Assembly (NCBI RefSeq): GCF_009914755.1
Contig: NC_060939.1
DNA length: 64,000 bases
Origin: the human T2T-CHM13v2.0 reference genome, Homo sapiens
Direction: 5' to 3' (one strand)
A program made the translations under genes and the position numbers. The first letter of the stretch is position 1. The number at the start of each line of letters is the position of its first letter. The notes below the pieces were generated by a model. It was given only the letters and a program-made list of their open reading frames with translations, did no database searches and was not told the DNA's origin. Shown one piece after another: positions 1 to 13,569 of this stretch.

Positions 1-1397
1 AGAATTGTATTCCAGCTTTCAATTTTAGCTCTTATAATTCAAGTTCATCGAAAATAAACTGTATACCAGCAGAAACAAGAAAAATTTCCCCAAGGCCAAT
101 ATTCAAGGGCTCAATTTAGTGTCTATTTCAAAGGAGGTAGGCTTTCTGATCTCTTTTGATTACTTATTCTAGGGCAGAAAATAGAGAAAGATGATAGTTA
201 ATTTTAGGTTTTGTTTTCTCATGCAAGGCACTGAGAGGAATTCCCTTTTACCACCATTTTGCACTGGAAACACTAATAGAGTAAGTATATATAATTTCTA
301 AGCGGAGAGAAAATCATTTTAGATCATTTTAAAATATGGCACAATACAACGTCTTTTGGTTCCTTTCTCTTAAAGCAACAAATTTCCATTTTCTCCTGGC
401 ATGGAGTTTTCAGAGAATTAACATCCACACTTTAGGAACAACAGTTCCAATTTTCCAAAGAAAAGGAAGAATTATCAATGGCCAAGTTCAAAGGACTCTC
501 AGCCCAATACCAAGGGTGTTCAAGGGTTTTTTGGAACATCTGAAGTAATTTTATGTCCTATATACTTATAAAACCATCTGAACACCTGACACTGTTTATG
601 TCTACTTGTTCATAAGACACGAATCTTGAGGGGGGCGTGTATCTCACTCTTTTCCATAGCTCAAGTGCCTGACGCTCAGGTGTCATTTATTACATGAATA
701 AACACATGTTTTAATCAATCCATCTCTAACCCATATAGAAAGTTAGAATCCTGAACAAGTTTCCAGTGAATAAACAACTTCATTCATGGATTGTCAATGG
801 TTATTGTCTTCCATGTCAAAGAGATGCCCTTCCACAGTAGAATACCTTGTTCTTTCCTGAAATTTTTTCTTCTTACTTTTAACTTGCGCCTGTTTAAAAC
901 TGGCACATCAAATCAAACTGGATCATGGAAGGCCATTCCTATCACTTTAACTCTATGTTAAATTCATTTCCTGACTACAAGATTGGTCACTGCAAATTAT
1001 CCTAATTCATCCTTTCCCTAAAATTTTTGAGTGACAGCTCAAGCTACATTAACAAATATTCATTAAGCATCTAGTAGAACACTTTGTAAGCATTATGAAC
1101 CCTTTAAAATGAGATCATTGCACCCAAGGTACTTACAATCTAGCTAACTTTTGAAAACGTCAGTAACAATAAACATTTTCAATAAGACATTGAGACAATA
1201 GCTTTTCAGAACACAACTTTTGTCTTTAAAAAATCTTCTCCCCTCTTCTCTGCAGTTTAAACTCAACTCAAGAACAACTATCTGTAGGACGCTTTCCCAG
1301 TGTGTACAGAGTCATCTGCCACCATGCCCAGACTCCAGCACCTGGGAGGCTCCTCTTTGGATGATTTATTGGAGTGGAAAGAAGTCAAAACTCTGTA

Positions 1398-1535
1398 CAA
1401 ACAAACCTGAGTTAGAATCCTGGTTCTGCCACCCTAAGTCTATGTGACTTTGAGAAATCAATTTCTCTCAGCCTCAACTCTCTCACCTGTAAAACTGGCA
1501 AGATAATGTTTACCATACAAAATTATTAAGAAACA
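1398..1535 (+). mobile_element. MIR SINE fragment
   Basis: Core motif cctgagttagaatcctggttctgcc...tgtgactttgagaaatca...cctcaactctctcacctgtaaaa matches the MIR core. Confidence 0.75.
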
Positions 1536-4500
1536 AACTAACATTTTGACATAACCAGCACAAACATTTTTATAACTTCATGTTCCTTCATGTTGAGATG
1601 TGTTTCCTCAAGCCACTGAAAGTCCTAGTCATTTGTGTTAATGTTTTGGTTCTGTTTTGCACTAGATGCTATATCCATTAAAAAGGAAATAATCTTTTAA
1701 CATCTCCAAAGTGCCTATGGCCAACTCCATCCACAAACATTCCCCCTCAGAAAAAAATTTAAAAGGATAAAACATTTCTTTTGATGTTGCTAGTGACAGC
1801 AATAAGCCCAGAAATTCAGAGAACAAAGTTCATTTTCATAACTATAGATAAAGTTGAAAAAACCAGCCCCCAGTGTGTCTTTATTTCTAGTAAACAACTT
1901 TTTCTCTGCTAAAGAACTCCATTTTCATCCCATTTTCACTTGTATTGCTAAGCAACACCATGTACCCCCAGTTCTATTTCTGGTTCTGCGTTTATAGTCA
2001 CAGACACCTACAAAGTTACATCCCACATGCTGGAGTATTTTTAGGTTTCATTTGTGAGCAGTCATATGGGCTATCAAGTACCTCAAGTCACAATAACGAT
2101 GTTTTGTACTTCTACAGAACTTACCTTCACTGGAAATCTCATCACAAACTCCTTCCTCACCAATTTTATGACTCCCAAACTGCCCCAGGAGGCTGCCTGT
2201 GGTGATCTCTGACTGTGAAAGGAGGTGGCTAACCTAAGGCCATGAACTGCAAAAGGGAGAGACTCCCAGCAAAGGCACGTCCCAAGTGTCTGGCAGCTCT
2301 GAGCCATCTGAATGTGATGAGTCTCAGTTTACTTACCTGTAAAATACAGAGATTTGGCTCAATTATTTCTATATTCTATGCATCTATGATTTATATAATA
2401 GCTAAAATTTTATGCCCCCATGAGAAATGTTCTTGCTTCCTGGTGACTCACAGCCTCCTTCCACCAACTAATTTTGAAAGTGAAAACAAATGGGAATGTG
2501 TCTTGTGTTTTATAAAACATATGAGCATAAATAGGAATCCAAGGAGATTACAGTATTTAAGGGAGTCCTTGAAAAAGACAGGATAGAGAATTAAAAGAAG
2601 GTGTTCTTGACTTAAAGCTTTCATTTTTACCTTTCATCCTCATTTGCCTAAGTCACCTTCCTAGGTATCTTTTAATAGTATTTAGAAGAAGCTGCCCACC
2701 AAGGATTGATAGCTATGGCAGGAGAGACTCAGAGAATCATAGGATTTTGAAGTAAAAAGAGACATTAGAGACCAAAAAGTAATGAGTAATAACCAAAGGA
2801 ACATTTCAGAGGAGGGCAGCAGTTGGTGACTCAAGATCTGAGTGAGTTTGAGAAATGTGACCTAAAGGCCACACCAAAAGCCTCTACTCCCTAAGTGGTC
2901 CAAAGAGCTATGAAGGAGAGCTTCAGTTAGAGCTGGGAAATGGAACTGGAAAGAATAGCAAGAGTCTGAAATATCCACGCATCTGTAACTTTCCTAGTTT
3001 GTATATAGGTTATTTTATTTATTTATATCTTGTCTTGTTCCAAAAAAAGGTTTAAGGCAGTTTACAAAGAGTCATACAACATAGCAAGTTTAAATAAACT
3101 TTAAAAAGGCCGAGGAAATGCAATGGTAGGAGGCTTATCGTTTTAACTCAGATTCTCCAGCACGCCAGGGAAACACATATTTATACATTTTCAACAGTCA
3201 GACTTCAATGCTGTAGCAGGAAGCATGGTGCTTAGCACAGTGCCTGGCACATAAATACTCAAATTACAGTAATTACTATGCATGCAATTGTTGTTGTTAT
3301 TTGTTATCATTGGCTCAAAAAGTTCATTGTCTTCTCTCCCAAAATAAGAGGTCAAACTTGTCCCCATGGAAAATTTCCTTCCCTGTTCTACCATTCCCTG
3401 CCCTCCCCCTTCCTTTTTGTCCCAACATGCCCTTTTACCTTTACAAAATGATAAATAAAAGCATAATGAGGCTTCAGCTTCAGGGTCTTGAAGCCAGAAT
3501 CTACACCGTTGGCAATATAACCCACTCTTAGCAAAGCTGCAAAACTGGCAACATTTCTTATTTTTCCTGGCATCCTTTTTTTTCCTCTTTTCTCCTGCAT
3601 TGTGTAGCCCCATTTATGGTATCCCTTCAACTCTGTTCTACATCGCCAGTATAAAAGACATTCCTTCCCCTGAAGTATAAATAGCTCACACTAAAGTTCA
3701 GTGAGGGCAACATTTTCAAATGAAGCAAAGCTTCAAAATAAAGAGATTAAGCTCCTAAAAAGGAAATTCAGTTGTCCATACATAAAGGAGTATAGGAGGC
3801 TTTCTTTTAAGGAAAAGGGCAGAAAGGAAATTCTAAGTCATTTTTTATTGACTATATCACAAAGGTAGAGTACCAACTGAAAATAAAACCCAAATATAGC
3901 TGAGGCCACAAATGGCATGGTTTTGATTACAAGAAAAATTTGATTCCTACAATTTTAAAAATGGAAATAAATTTAAATCTGTAGTGAGAGGTGTAACTAC
4001 CTACACATAATATATAGTAAAAATCTTTAAGATGCTTTAGTCCATTTTGGCCATTCTTACTCTCCTCTTGATGGCAATGCTTCCCCCAAAGTTCTCTCAC
4101 TCAATATAAGACAAAACCATTGCCAAAACATTGACTCGTTGGCCCCTTCTGCCTTCTAGGATTCCTTCGTCTCCTGCTTGAAATGTCTTGCTTTACTCCA
4201 AGTCTTCAGTTCTTTGTATCCATCAGCATGATTAACATAATGAAAGGCCAATAACCCAGCAGGTAGAGAAACTTCCTTTCAAAGGGTGACAAGGAGGAGG
4301 GAGAAAGAAGAGAGTATCTAGCCCTGGCCCAAAGGTGAAACTGATATTGCTACTGAAGAGAGGCAAAAAGACAAAGAAAGCCAGAACAGGGCCTCCCTGA
4401 ACCAGGACCTCACAAGCTTTTCTACTGACAACCACTGGGGGTTGTGGTGGTGCTGGGGCAGCAGATGTGGGAATTGCTAACATCACTGAGGTCTCAATTT

Positions 4501-5329
4501 CATTTTTTAAAAAATGAAAATGAAAATCAATGGCCAATATTTGGAAAGGGCAAGTAGGCATGCTCTTTAGGGGAGGAGTATATATCGACATACCTGGGCT
4601 CATTTTTCAGGTAGTACACAGTCCAAAACATCTCTAAAAGCCAACATTAGAACTGGGGTTGTTATGTTTCCTGAAAATACTATCTCTGCATGTTCTAGAA
4701 ACATTTATTCCAGGACCTAGTTCCAAAGACAACTTTGACAATGATGTTCATCTTGTCATACAGACTCCATGGTGCCCAGTGCTGCCTCCTTCTCAATGCA
4801 TTCTATCCTTTTCCATCTGCACCTCACTCCCGCAGCCACCATGGGTGATTATGGGAGCCTTCAGCCAAGTGCTTGTGTCAGGTGGGCAAATAAAGATTAT
4901 TCTTATTTACTAGGTAAGAAAGTCTTCCAGAGTTACCGCCCACTGACAAGGGCAAGAAATCTGAATATTTTAAGGACCACTTCGCATAATATAATACATA
5001 GCTGTAGCTAAATTCTTCTAAATTTATAAGCCTGGAAATTTTACTAATAAATAGTATTAGTTCCTTTGCCATTTAGCTGTAAGTATTCACAATTTTTACT
5101 TCCCTTTTTCTCCATTTTGACTTTCTCAAATTATGTTTTTGATGCCCACAGGCCACATAGAAGAATAATCTTTATTGCAGCAAAAACAACTCCTTGCTAA
5201 CTTCACCCAAACATGCTATAGCATAAAACTACAGGAATTAAAAAAAATTCAGTAACCACTAACATTGAAACTAGAGAACCTCCAGGATATAAATACCTCT
5301 GGAGTTTAATAGCTATTTCTATTCATAAA

Positions 5330-6375
5330 GTCATGTCAAAACCTCCCAACCAATATTGAGTTTCACATCCAATTATGACAGAGAAGGAGAAGAACAAAAC
5401 TCTCTCCTGTGGTAACAAGATAAACCCAGATTAAATAAGTTATATTTTTCTATAGGGCTACAAAGAGCTGTAAAAGCAAAGAAATGCTAATGAGCTGAAT
5501 TCTAGAAAGAAAAGATGAATTTTTAAGTGAGCAGAGACCAGCAGCAGCTTCCATACCTGGGGGAAGGCATCTGGTAAATGTAGGAACAATGAGGAAATAA
5601 GCCTGCTTTAGCCTGGGTAGATTATGCAGGAATAATTAAAGCTTGGACGGCACTATAGGTTGGCAGTATAGATTGGAATCTAGTAGAGCCCAAAATGAAA
5701 AATTGCTTGACCAAATAATCCTCCCCACCCCAGAAGCAGCAGTGAATGAAGGGCCACAAAGCAGAAAAAAACTACACAATCCTACACATTCTTATACAGC
5801 CTGGATTTTAGGACCTTGCTAGCTTTTAATATAAAGGTGACAATAAACAATACCCAATACTACAGCCCAATCTTTTCTCCTGACCACATCAAAGAGGCAG
5901 TAGTGGTGCAGGAGGTTAGGCAGAGATTAATTCAATCTAGTTAAAGTTACTGCTTTCTTCAGCTCAAATGGGCCATAGGAAAAATCTAAATAATTAGCCC
6001 CCACCCCAACCACTTCATGAATAAAGACCTTCACTCTCTAGAAACAAAACAAAAAAATTATCAGTCTGTAATGTAAAATATCTAATATGTAATAAGAAGT
6101 TATGAGACATGGAAAGTAGGAAAATGTGACCCATAATCAAGGCAAAACAGTCAGTAGAAACTGACCTACAGATGACTCAGTCATTGGAATTAGCAGCCAA
6201 AGATTTTTGCATCAACGATTTCAAATACATTAAAGGATTTATAAGAAAATATGAATGTAATATGTGAAGAGAGTAATTTGGCAGAGAAATTGAAACTGAA
6301 AGATTATAATTCTAGAGCTTAAAATATCTGAAATAAACCCTCATTGGATAGCTGAAAAGCAGATTGAACACTACT
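5330..6375 (+). mobile_element. Ancient L1 (L1M4/L1ME-type) 5'UTR-ORF1 remnant
   Basis: A-rich; aaaatgtgacccataatcaag...gaaactgacctacagatgactcag...ttggaattagcag is typical of old L1 ORF1 starts. Boundaries approximate. Confidence 0.55.
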
Positions 6376-6845
6376 TGTAAAAAGTTATGTAATTACACCT
6401 CTTTGTGATGTCACTTTACCACTCTTCTCATACATAGATGCAGACCTATTTCTGTATCTCTTAAATTTAAGTTGGTTTTGCTTCTTGCTTTAACTAAAAA
6501 AAAAAATGCAGCAGTAGTTATATTAGTCTTTATTTTAAGGCTGAGCCTTAATGTGAGAACAGACTTAAAGAGACACTGAGGTTATTACTTTGGCCCTCTT
6601 GGATTCTACATAGAGACTTTCATGACACAAAGAACCTGGAATAAAATACCATGTAGACAGAGTGATGCAACCATCTCAGCTGTCCCAGATGAGCTTAACT
6701 TCCAACCAACTTACCTCCTGAATACAAATACATGTGTGAATTTAGGTGCAACTAGCAGAAAAAAATACGCATTCAACTCACAGCCTGGTGACAAATAACT
6801 TGTTTTAAGCCACTACATTTTTGTGTGATTTGTAACAGCAATACT
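6376..6845 (+). mobile_element. MaLR LTR (MLT1G/H-like)
   Basis: Ends tgttttaagccactacatttttgtgtgatttgtaacagcaata, the MLT1 3' terminus; internal ccatctcagctgtcccag motif. Confidence 0.65.
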
Positions 6846-7117
6846 TGGGAACATCATTGTCAGATTACTGAAAAAGTTAAGGAGAAAAAAATCTCAAAAG
6901 GAAGGAAAAAACTCACATACATATTACATATTGGCAGATAATTTGAGGAAAAGAATTAATTTTCATCATAAACAATAGAGGCCAGAAGCCAATGTCAAGA
7001 CAATAAATAGAAAAACACTTTAGCAGAAGTTATATATAAACACATATACACATATTTGCATTTCTCTGTATATGGCAGGTATATACCTTCAAAGGATTTT
7101 TAAGTTTTTCAAGTGTC

Positions 7118-7521
7118 AGGCTTATTGAGGTATAATTTACATAAAGTAAAATTCACTCATCTTTTTTGGGTATAGGGTTTGATGACAAACATTTAGAGTT
7201 ACGTAACCTTCAAGTAGGTCACAATGTGAGAACTTCAGAAAAGTATAATTTCATTGACTCCCAAATTTTTATCCTTAGTGCTATTGTTGTCATATGTCTT
7301 ACTCTGTATGTTTTATATCTACCATATGTTGTATTTACATTTGCAGAAATCAAGAGAGTGTGGTTCACTATAATCAAAATATAGAATATTACCATCACTC
7401 CAAAAAGTTTACTCATTCTCCTTTGCAGTGTATCACTACTCCCATCAGCAGCCCAACACTGATGTGATTTCTATTCCTATGGCCTGGCCTTTCCAGGATA
7501 TTACTTACATGAAATCATATA
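7118..7521 (-). mobile_element. Old L1 (L1MC/MD/ME) 3'-end fragments
   Basis: ttattgaggtataatttacataaagtaaaattcac...accatcactccaaaaagt...gaaatcatatagtat is an antisense L1M 3'UTR. Confidence 0.65.
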
Positions 7522-7785
7522 GTATCTCAGTCTGTTCAGGCTGTTGTAACAAAACACCATAGACCAGGTGGCTTATAAACTAATTTATTTCTCAGTTTTG
7601 GAGACTATGAAGTCTAAGATCAAAACACTGGCAGATTCCATGTCTGCTGAAAGCCCACTTCCCTGTTCACGGATGGCCATCTTTTTGCTGTGTTTTCACA
7701 TGATAGAAGGAGCAAGGGAGTCCTTTTATAAGGGCACTAATCATATTCATGAGGTTTTATTAAACTACATGTCACCTCCTAAACA
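7522..7785 (-). mobile_element. MLT1A0-like LTR, partial
   Basis: tctcagtctgttcaggctgttgtaacaaaacaccatagaccaggtggcttataaac...aagtctaagatcaaa...ttttataagggcactaatc. Confidence 0.75.
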
Positions 7786-9736
7786 GATATGCCACACACT
7801 GCTTTTACATTCCCACTTCTACCAGAGGCCCTGCTTCTCCTAACCTGCAATTTCGCTGGGTTAACTCCTACATGTCCCAAGATTTAGCCTTCCTGCCAAT
7901 TCTCTTCCCCATCCACAAATCACTCTCTTCAACTCAATTCCACCAAATCTCATGTCACCCAAAAATGTGTTTAGAGACAGAACACTATAATCAGATTCTT
8001 GCAGCATTTGTTGAATATATCGTTCCTGAATTTTTGGCCAAAAAAATTATGCTTAAATCCTATTACTGATACTGTATTTCCTAGGAAAAAAAAAAGTATG
8101 CTTTCCTCTTTAAATGTAACTCATAGCCACAGTGAATTTTTTCACCATTGGCCTCATGTAACGGATTGTTGTGCTCAGACTATCATACACTTACCCTTTT
8201 TCCTTCTTTCTTTCCCACGGCTGAACAGTTAAAATATAAAATTCTTTTCAGATGAGTGTCTTTGGTAAGGTTAACAGTGAGATTGTAGGTTGAAATTAAG
8301 CTCTGCTTGTCCCTCTTTCCACAATGCATTGAAAAATTATTGCCAGCCGTCAGAAAAATTGCTAGGTCATGGACCCACCATGGACATAATAAAACCAGGA
8401 TACCATTAAGACCTCTCATGTCAAGGATTGAATGAAGAGTGATACCAGCCATCCTTGAGCATTTATTCATCACTTACTACTTCTCTAAAACCCGAAGATG
8501 TTTATGTCACATCCCAATCCCCCCATATCCAGATGTCAGTATTTCTAGAGTCTCAAGGCAAAAGCCTGACCAGGACTTTGTCTGCAGGAGTGGTGGCAAC
8601 AAATAGTGGTTTTTTGGTGCTTTGACTCTCACACCTCATCCTCACTGCATCTCCTTTAAATTCACAGGGAAGGATGCAGATCAGGATGTGGCCTTTGGCC
8701 CTTCCCCAATACACGATTAGACAAAATAGCTGACATACGCAGAAGAACATGAGATCGTAAGTGAAAACATCAAAATGACCGGAAAAGATAATTAAACAAA
8801 GAAAATTTTAAGAAACCCAACAATATATATGATCCGAAACAGAATTAATGAAACTGATTATTTTAAATAGGCCTAATACACTTAAGGTGATAAGGAAAAA
8901 CATTACATAAAGTGGGGGTATTCACAATTACATACAATCTAAGGTGATTTACAGATTCAATGCAATCTCTCAAAATTCCCATTGAATGTGCTTTTTTTAT
9001 ATATAGAAACAGAAACATCAGTCCTAAAATTCATAGGGAACCAGAGACCCCAAAACTGGAGGCATCACACTTCCTGATTTCAAAAATATACCACAAAGCA
9101 ACAGTAATTAAAACAGTATGGTACTACCATAAAGAAAGATGTATAGACCAAAGGAACAGAGTAAGGAGCCCAGAAATAAATTCACCCATTTGTAGTCAAC
9201 TTGTTTTCAATGAGGGTGCCAATAATACACAATGAGAAAAGAACAATCTCTTCAGTAAGTGGTGTTGGGAAAACGACATCCACATGAAAAAGTATAAAAT
9301 TGAACCCTTACTTTACACTGTACACAAAAATCTACTCAAAATGGATGGATTTCAACATAAGAAAAATATCTGCAAATCTCATATTTGATAAGAGGTTAAA
9401 ATCCAAAATATAGTATATAAGGAACCCTGAAAGCCAAAAAACAAGAAAACTAATTAAAATAAGAAGACTTGAACATTTCTGAAAAAAAAAAAAGATATAT
9501 AAATAGCTAACAGTTATATGAAAGATGCTTAACATCACTAGACATCAGGGAAATGTCAGTCAAAATTACAATGAGATATCATCACATACCTCTTCAGATG
9601 GCTATTATGTTAAAAAATTAAAAATGAAAAGTATTGGACAGGATGTGGAGAAATTAGAACCCTTGTACATTGTTGGTGTAAGATGTTGTAGCCACTAAGG
9701 CAAATAGTAGGAAAGTTCCTCAAAAGTTAAAAATAG

Positions 9737-11449
9737 TGTAAAAGCTTTCCTATTTCTCCACATCCTCTCCAGCATCTGTTGCTTTCTGACTTTTTAATGA
9801 TCATCATTCTAACTGGCATGAGATGGTATCTCATTGTGGTTTTGATTTGCATTTCTCTAATGACAAGTTATGATGAGTTTTCATATGTTTGTTGGCAGCA
9901 TAAATGTCTTCTTTTGAAAAGTGTCTGTTCATATCCTTCATCTACTTTTTTATGAGGTTGTTTGTTTTCTCCTTGTAAATGTGCTTAAGTTCCTTGTAGA
10001 TTCTGGATATTAGCCCTTTGTCAGATGGATAGATAGAAAAAATTTTCTCCCATTCTGTAGCTTGCCTGTTCACTCTGATGATAGTATCTTTTGCTGTGCA
10101 GAAGCTCTTTAGTTTAACTAGATCCCATTTGTCAACTTTAGCTTTTGTTGCCATTGCTTTTGGTGTTTTAGTCATGAAGTCTTTGCCCATGCCCATTTCC
10201 TGAATGGTATTGCCTAGGTTTTCTTCTAGGGTTTTTATGGTTTTAGGCCTTACATTTAAATCTTTAATCCATCTTGAGTTAACTTTTGTATAAGATGTAA
10301 GGAAGGGGGCTAGTTTCAGTTTTCTGCATATGGCTAGCCAGTTTTCCCAACACCATTTATTAAATAGGGAATCTTTTCCCCATTGCTTGTTTTGGTCAGG
10401 TTTGTCAAAGATCAGATGGTTGTACATGTGTGGTGTTATTTCTGAGGCCTCTGTTCTGTTCCATTGGTCTATGTATCTCTTTTGGTACCAGTACCATACT
10501 GTTTCAGTTACTGTAGCCTTATAGTATTGTTTGAAGTCAGGTGGCATGAGGCCTCCAGCTTTGCTCTTTTTGCTTAGGATTGTCTTGGCTATATGGGCTC
10601 TTTTTTGTCTCCATATGAAATTTAAAGTAGATATTTCTAATTCTGTGAAGAAAGTCAATGGTAGCTTGATGGGAACAGCATCAAATCTATAAATTACTTT
10701 GGGCAGTATGGCCATTTTCATGATATTGATTCTTCCTATCCATGAGCATGGAACGTTTTTCCATTTGTTGTGTCCTCTCTTATTTCCTTGAGTACTGGTG
10801 GGGTGTAAATTAGTTCAACCCTTGTGGAAGACAGTGTGGTGATTCCTCAGGGATCTGGAACCAGAAATGCCATTTGACCCAGCCATCCCATTACTGGGTA
10901 TATACCCAAAGGATTATAAATCATTCTACTATAAAGACACATGCACACGTTATCTTTATTGCAGCACTGTTCACAATAGCAAAGGCTTGGAACCAACCCA
11001 AATGCCCATCAATGTTAGACTTGATAAAGAAAATGTCGCACATATACACCATGGAATACTATGCTGCCATAAAAAAGAATGAGTTCATGTCCCTTCCAGG
11101 GACATGGATGAAGCTGGAAACCACCATTCTCGGCAAACTAACACAGGAACAAAAAACCAAACACCACATGTTCTCACTCATAAGTGAGAGTTGAACAATG
11201 AGAACATCTGGGCACAGGGAACATCACACACTGGGGCATGTCGGGGGTGCAGGGCAAAGCAAGGGATAGAATTAGGAGAAATACCTAATGTAGATGATGA
11301 GTTGATGAGTACAGCAAACCACCATGGCGCATGTATACCTATGTAACAAACCTGCACATTCTGCACATGTATCCCAGAACTTAAAATATAATAAATTTAA
11401 AGTGTAATAAAAAATTTAAAAATAGATGTGTTTAAGATATGAAATGAAA
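9737..11449 (+). mobile_element. L1PA7-like insertion with 5' inversion (twin priming): inverted part about 9737-10796, direct part about 10797-11395
   Basis: Minus-strand 259-aa ORF 9942-10721 is L1 ORF2. The plus-strand part carries the ORF2 C-terminus and an L1PA7-type 3'UTR. 15-bp TSD AAAAGTTAAAAATAG at 9722-9736 and 11450-11464. Confidence 0.92.
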
Positions 11450-11649
11450 AAAAGTTAAAAATAGAACTACCATATGCTCCAGCAATCACACTTCTCAGTA
11501 TATATTCTAAAGAAATGAAATCAGAATCTTGAAGATGTATCAGTACTCTCATGCTCATTGCAGCATTATTTATGATAGCCAAGATATGAAAACAACCTAA
11601 AATGTTCATCAACAAGTGAATGGATAAAGAAAATGTGTTTTATACACAC

Positions 11650-12204
11650 TGTGTTAGCGTTCTCCAGAGAAACAGAATCAACAGGATACACATAGAAATA
11701 AGATGTGATCTATTATGGGAATTGGTTCAGTCAATTTTGGAGGCCAAGAAGTCCTGTTCTAGGTTATCTGCAAGCTGGAAGATGAGGAAAACTAGTAGTG
11801 TAATTCAGGCTGAGTCCGAAGGCCTGTAAATCAGATGAGTCAATGGTCTAACTCACAGTCTGAGGCCAAATGCCTAAGAATCAGAGTGGAGGAGAGGTTT
11901 CAAACCTAGTTTAAGTCTTGAAGTCCAAAGGCCCAAGAAGAATGAGCTCCAATGTCTGAGAGCAAGAGAAGATAGATGTTCCCACTCAAAGAATTCGCCC
12001 TTCCTCTACCTTTTTGTCCTAGGCTTTCAAAGGACTGGATGATTCCTGTGCACCTTGGTAAGGGTATATCTTCTTTACTCATTCTACTGATTCAAATGCT
12101 AATCCTGTTTGGAAACACCATCACAGACACACCCAAAAATAATGTTTTACCAGCTATCTGGATATCCTCTAATGCAGTCAAGTTGACACCAGTTAACCAT
12201 CACA
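11650..12204 (-). mobile_element. MLT2B solo LTR (ERVL)
   Basis: TG...CA ends; tcacagacacacccaaaaataatgttttaccagctatctgg...aagttgacaccagttaaccatcaca; 5-bp flanks CACAC/CATAC. Confidence 0.85.
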
Positions 12205-13044
12205 CATACGATGGAATATTATTCAGTCTCAAAAAAAAAAAAGAGGAAAATCTTGCCATGTGTGACACAACATGGATGAACCTGGAGGACATTATGCTAA
12301 ATGAAATAAGCCAGACACACAAGGACAAATACTTTATGAGTCCACTTATGAGATATCTAAAATAGTCAAACTCACAGAAATAAAGTAGAGGGGTGGTTAC
12401 CAGGGGCTGGGAGAGAAAGAAAATGGGTAGTTACTGTTCAAAGGGTATAAATACAAGTTGAATAAGTTCTAGAGATCTCCTATATAACATTGTGCCTGTA
12501 GTTAACGATACTGGATCTTGCACTGAACATTTTGTTAAGAGGGTACTTCTCATGTTAAGTATTCTCACCACTATTTTTTAAAAGCTTTAAAAGGTACAAA
12601 CAGGTGAAACTTTTAGAATAAAAATATTTGGAATGAGTAGTATTATAACAGAAACTGAAGAAAAAAATAGGTAGTTAGAAGCTCAGAAAACAGGAAAAGA
12701 TGAGATTATACTTTCAAAAGAGGAAATGTATGTAAGACAGAAATGCCAACAAATGTATAGGGGAAACATTGTAGTCATCTCAGGAGATTCAAAAACAACT
12801 TTTGCTAAGATTCCGTATCCACGCATGAATGTAAAAGAAAACACTAGCGAACCAAGAACACAGAAAAATTTCTCAAATCTGATTGAAAGTATCTACAAAA
12901 ACCTTGCAGAAAATATTTATGAAGAGGATGAGAAATAATCAGAAGAGGATGAGAAATAATCAGAACAGGATTCGCATTTGAATTAAAAGCCAAAGCAATC
13001 TTGAGCAAAAAGAACAAAGGCAAGACAAAAAAAAAATCAAGCTC

Positions 13045-13555
13045 GGTATCCGTCAATAAATGAACACAGATAAAATGTGGAATATGTACCCAATGAAACA
13101 GTATTCAGCCTTTAAAAAGGAATTCTGTCATTTGCAACAACAGGGATGATCCTGGAGGACATTATCTTAAGTGAAAAAAGTCAGGCACAGAAAGACAAAT
13201 ACCTTATGATCTCACTTATAGATGGAATCTTAGAAAGTTGAACTCATAGAAGCAGAGAAAATACAATGATTACCAGGGTTGTAGGTGATAGAGATTAGAG
13301 AAATATTGGTAAAAGACAAAATTTCAGTCAAGCAAGAATAATAAGTTCAGGAGATCTATTGTACAACGTCGTGACTATAGTTAATAACAACATATTGTAT
13401 ACTTTAAAATTGGAGAGTAATTTTTATGTCTTCTCACCACAAAAGTTAAGTAGATGATGTAACGCATATGGTAGTTAGCTTGATTTAGCAATTCCACAAT
13501 ATATACACCTTAAAAATTATGTTGTACACCATAAATGTAATTTGTCAAAAATATT
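13045..13555 (+). mobile_element. L1MA7/8-like 3' end
   Basis: attctgtcatttgcaacaac...ggaggacattat...aagttcaggagatctattgtacaac...ttagcttgatttagcaattccacaat. Confidence 0.8.
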
Positions 13556-13569
13556 TTAAAATTTTTAAA

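Larger units (their letters stand above)
8930..12585 (+). mobile_element. L1MB1/2-like element (ORF2 3' part plus 3'UTR), interrupted by L1PA7 (9737-11449) and MLT2B (11650-12204)
   Basis: ORF 8960-9235 translates to L1 ORF2-like YHKATVIKTVWYYHKERCIDQRNR. The host sequence resumes after both insertions; the 3'UTR ends ttttgttaagagggtacttctcatgttaagtattctcacca. Confidence 0.8.

Noticed and set aside
9942-10721. Longest ORF (259 aa) as a host gene
   Set aside because: It is the inverted piece of L1 ORF2 in a truncated insertion.
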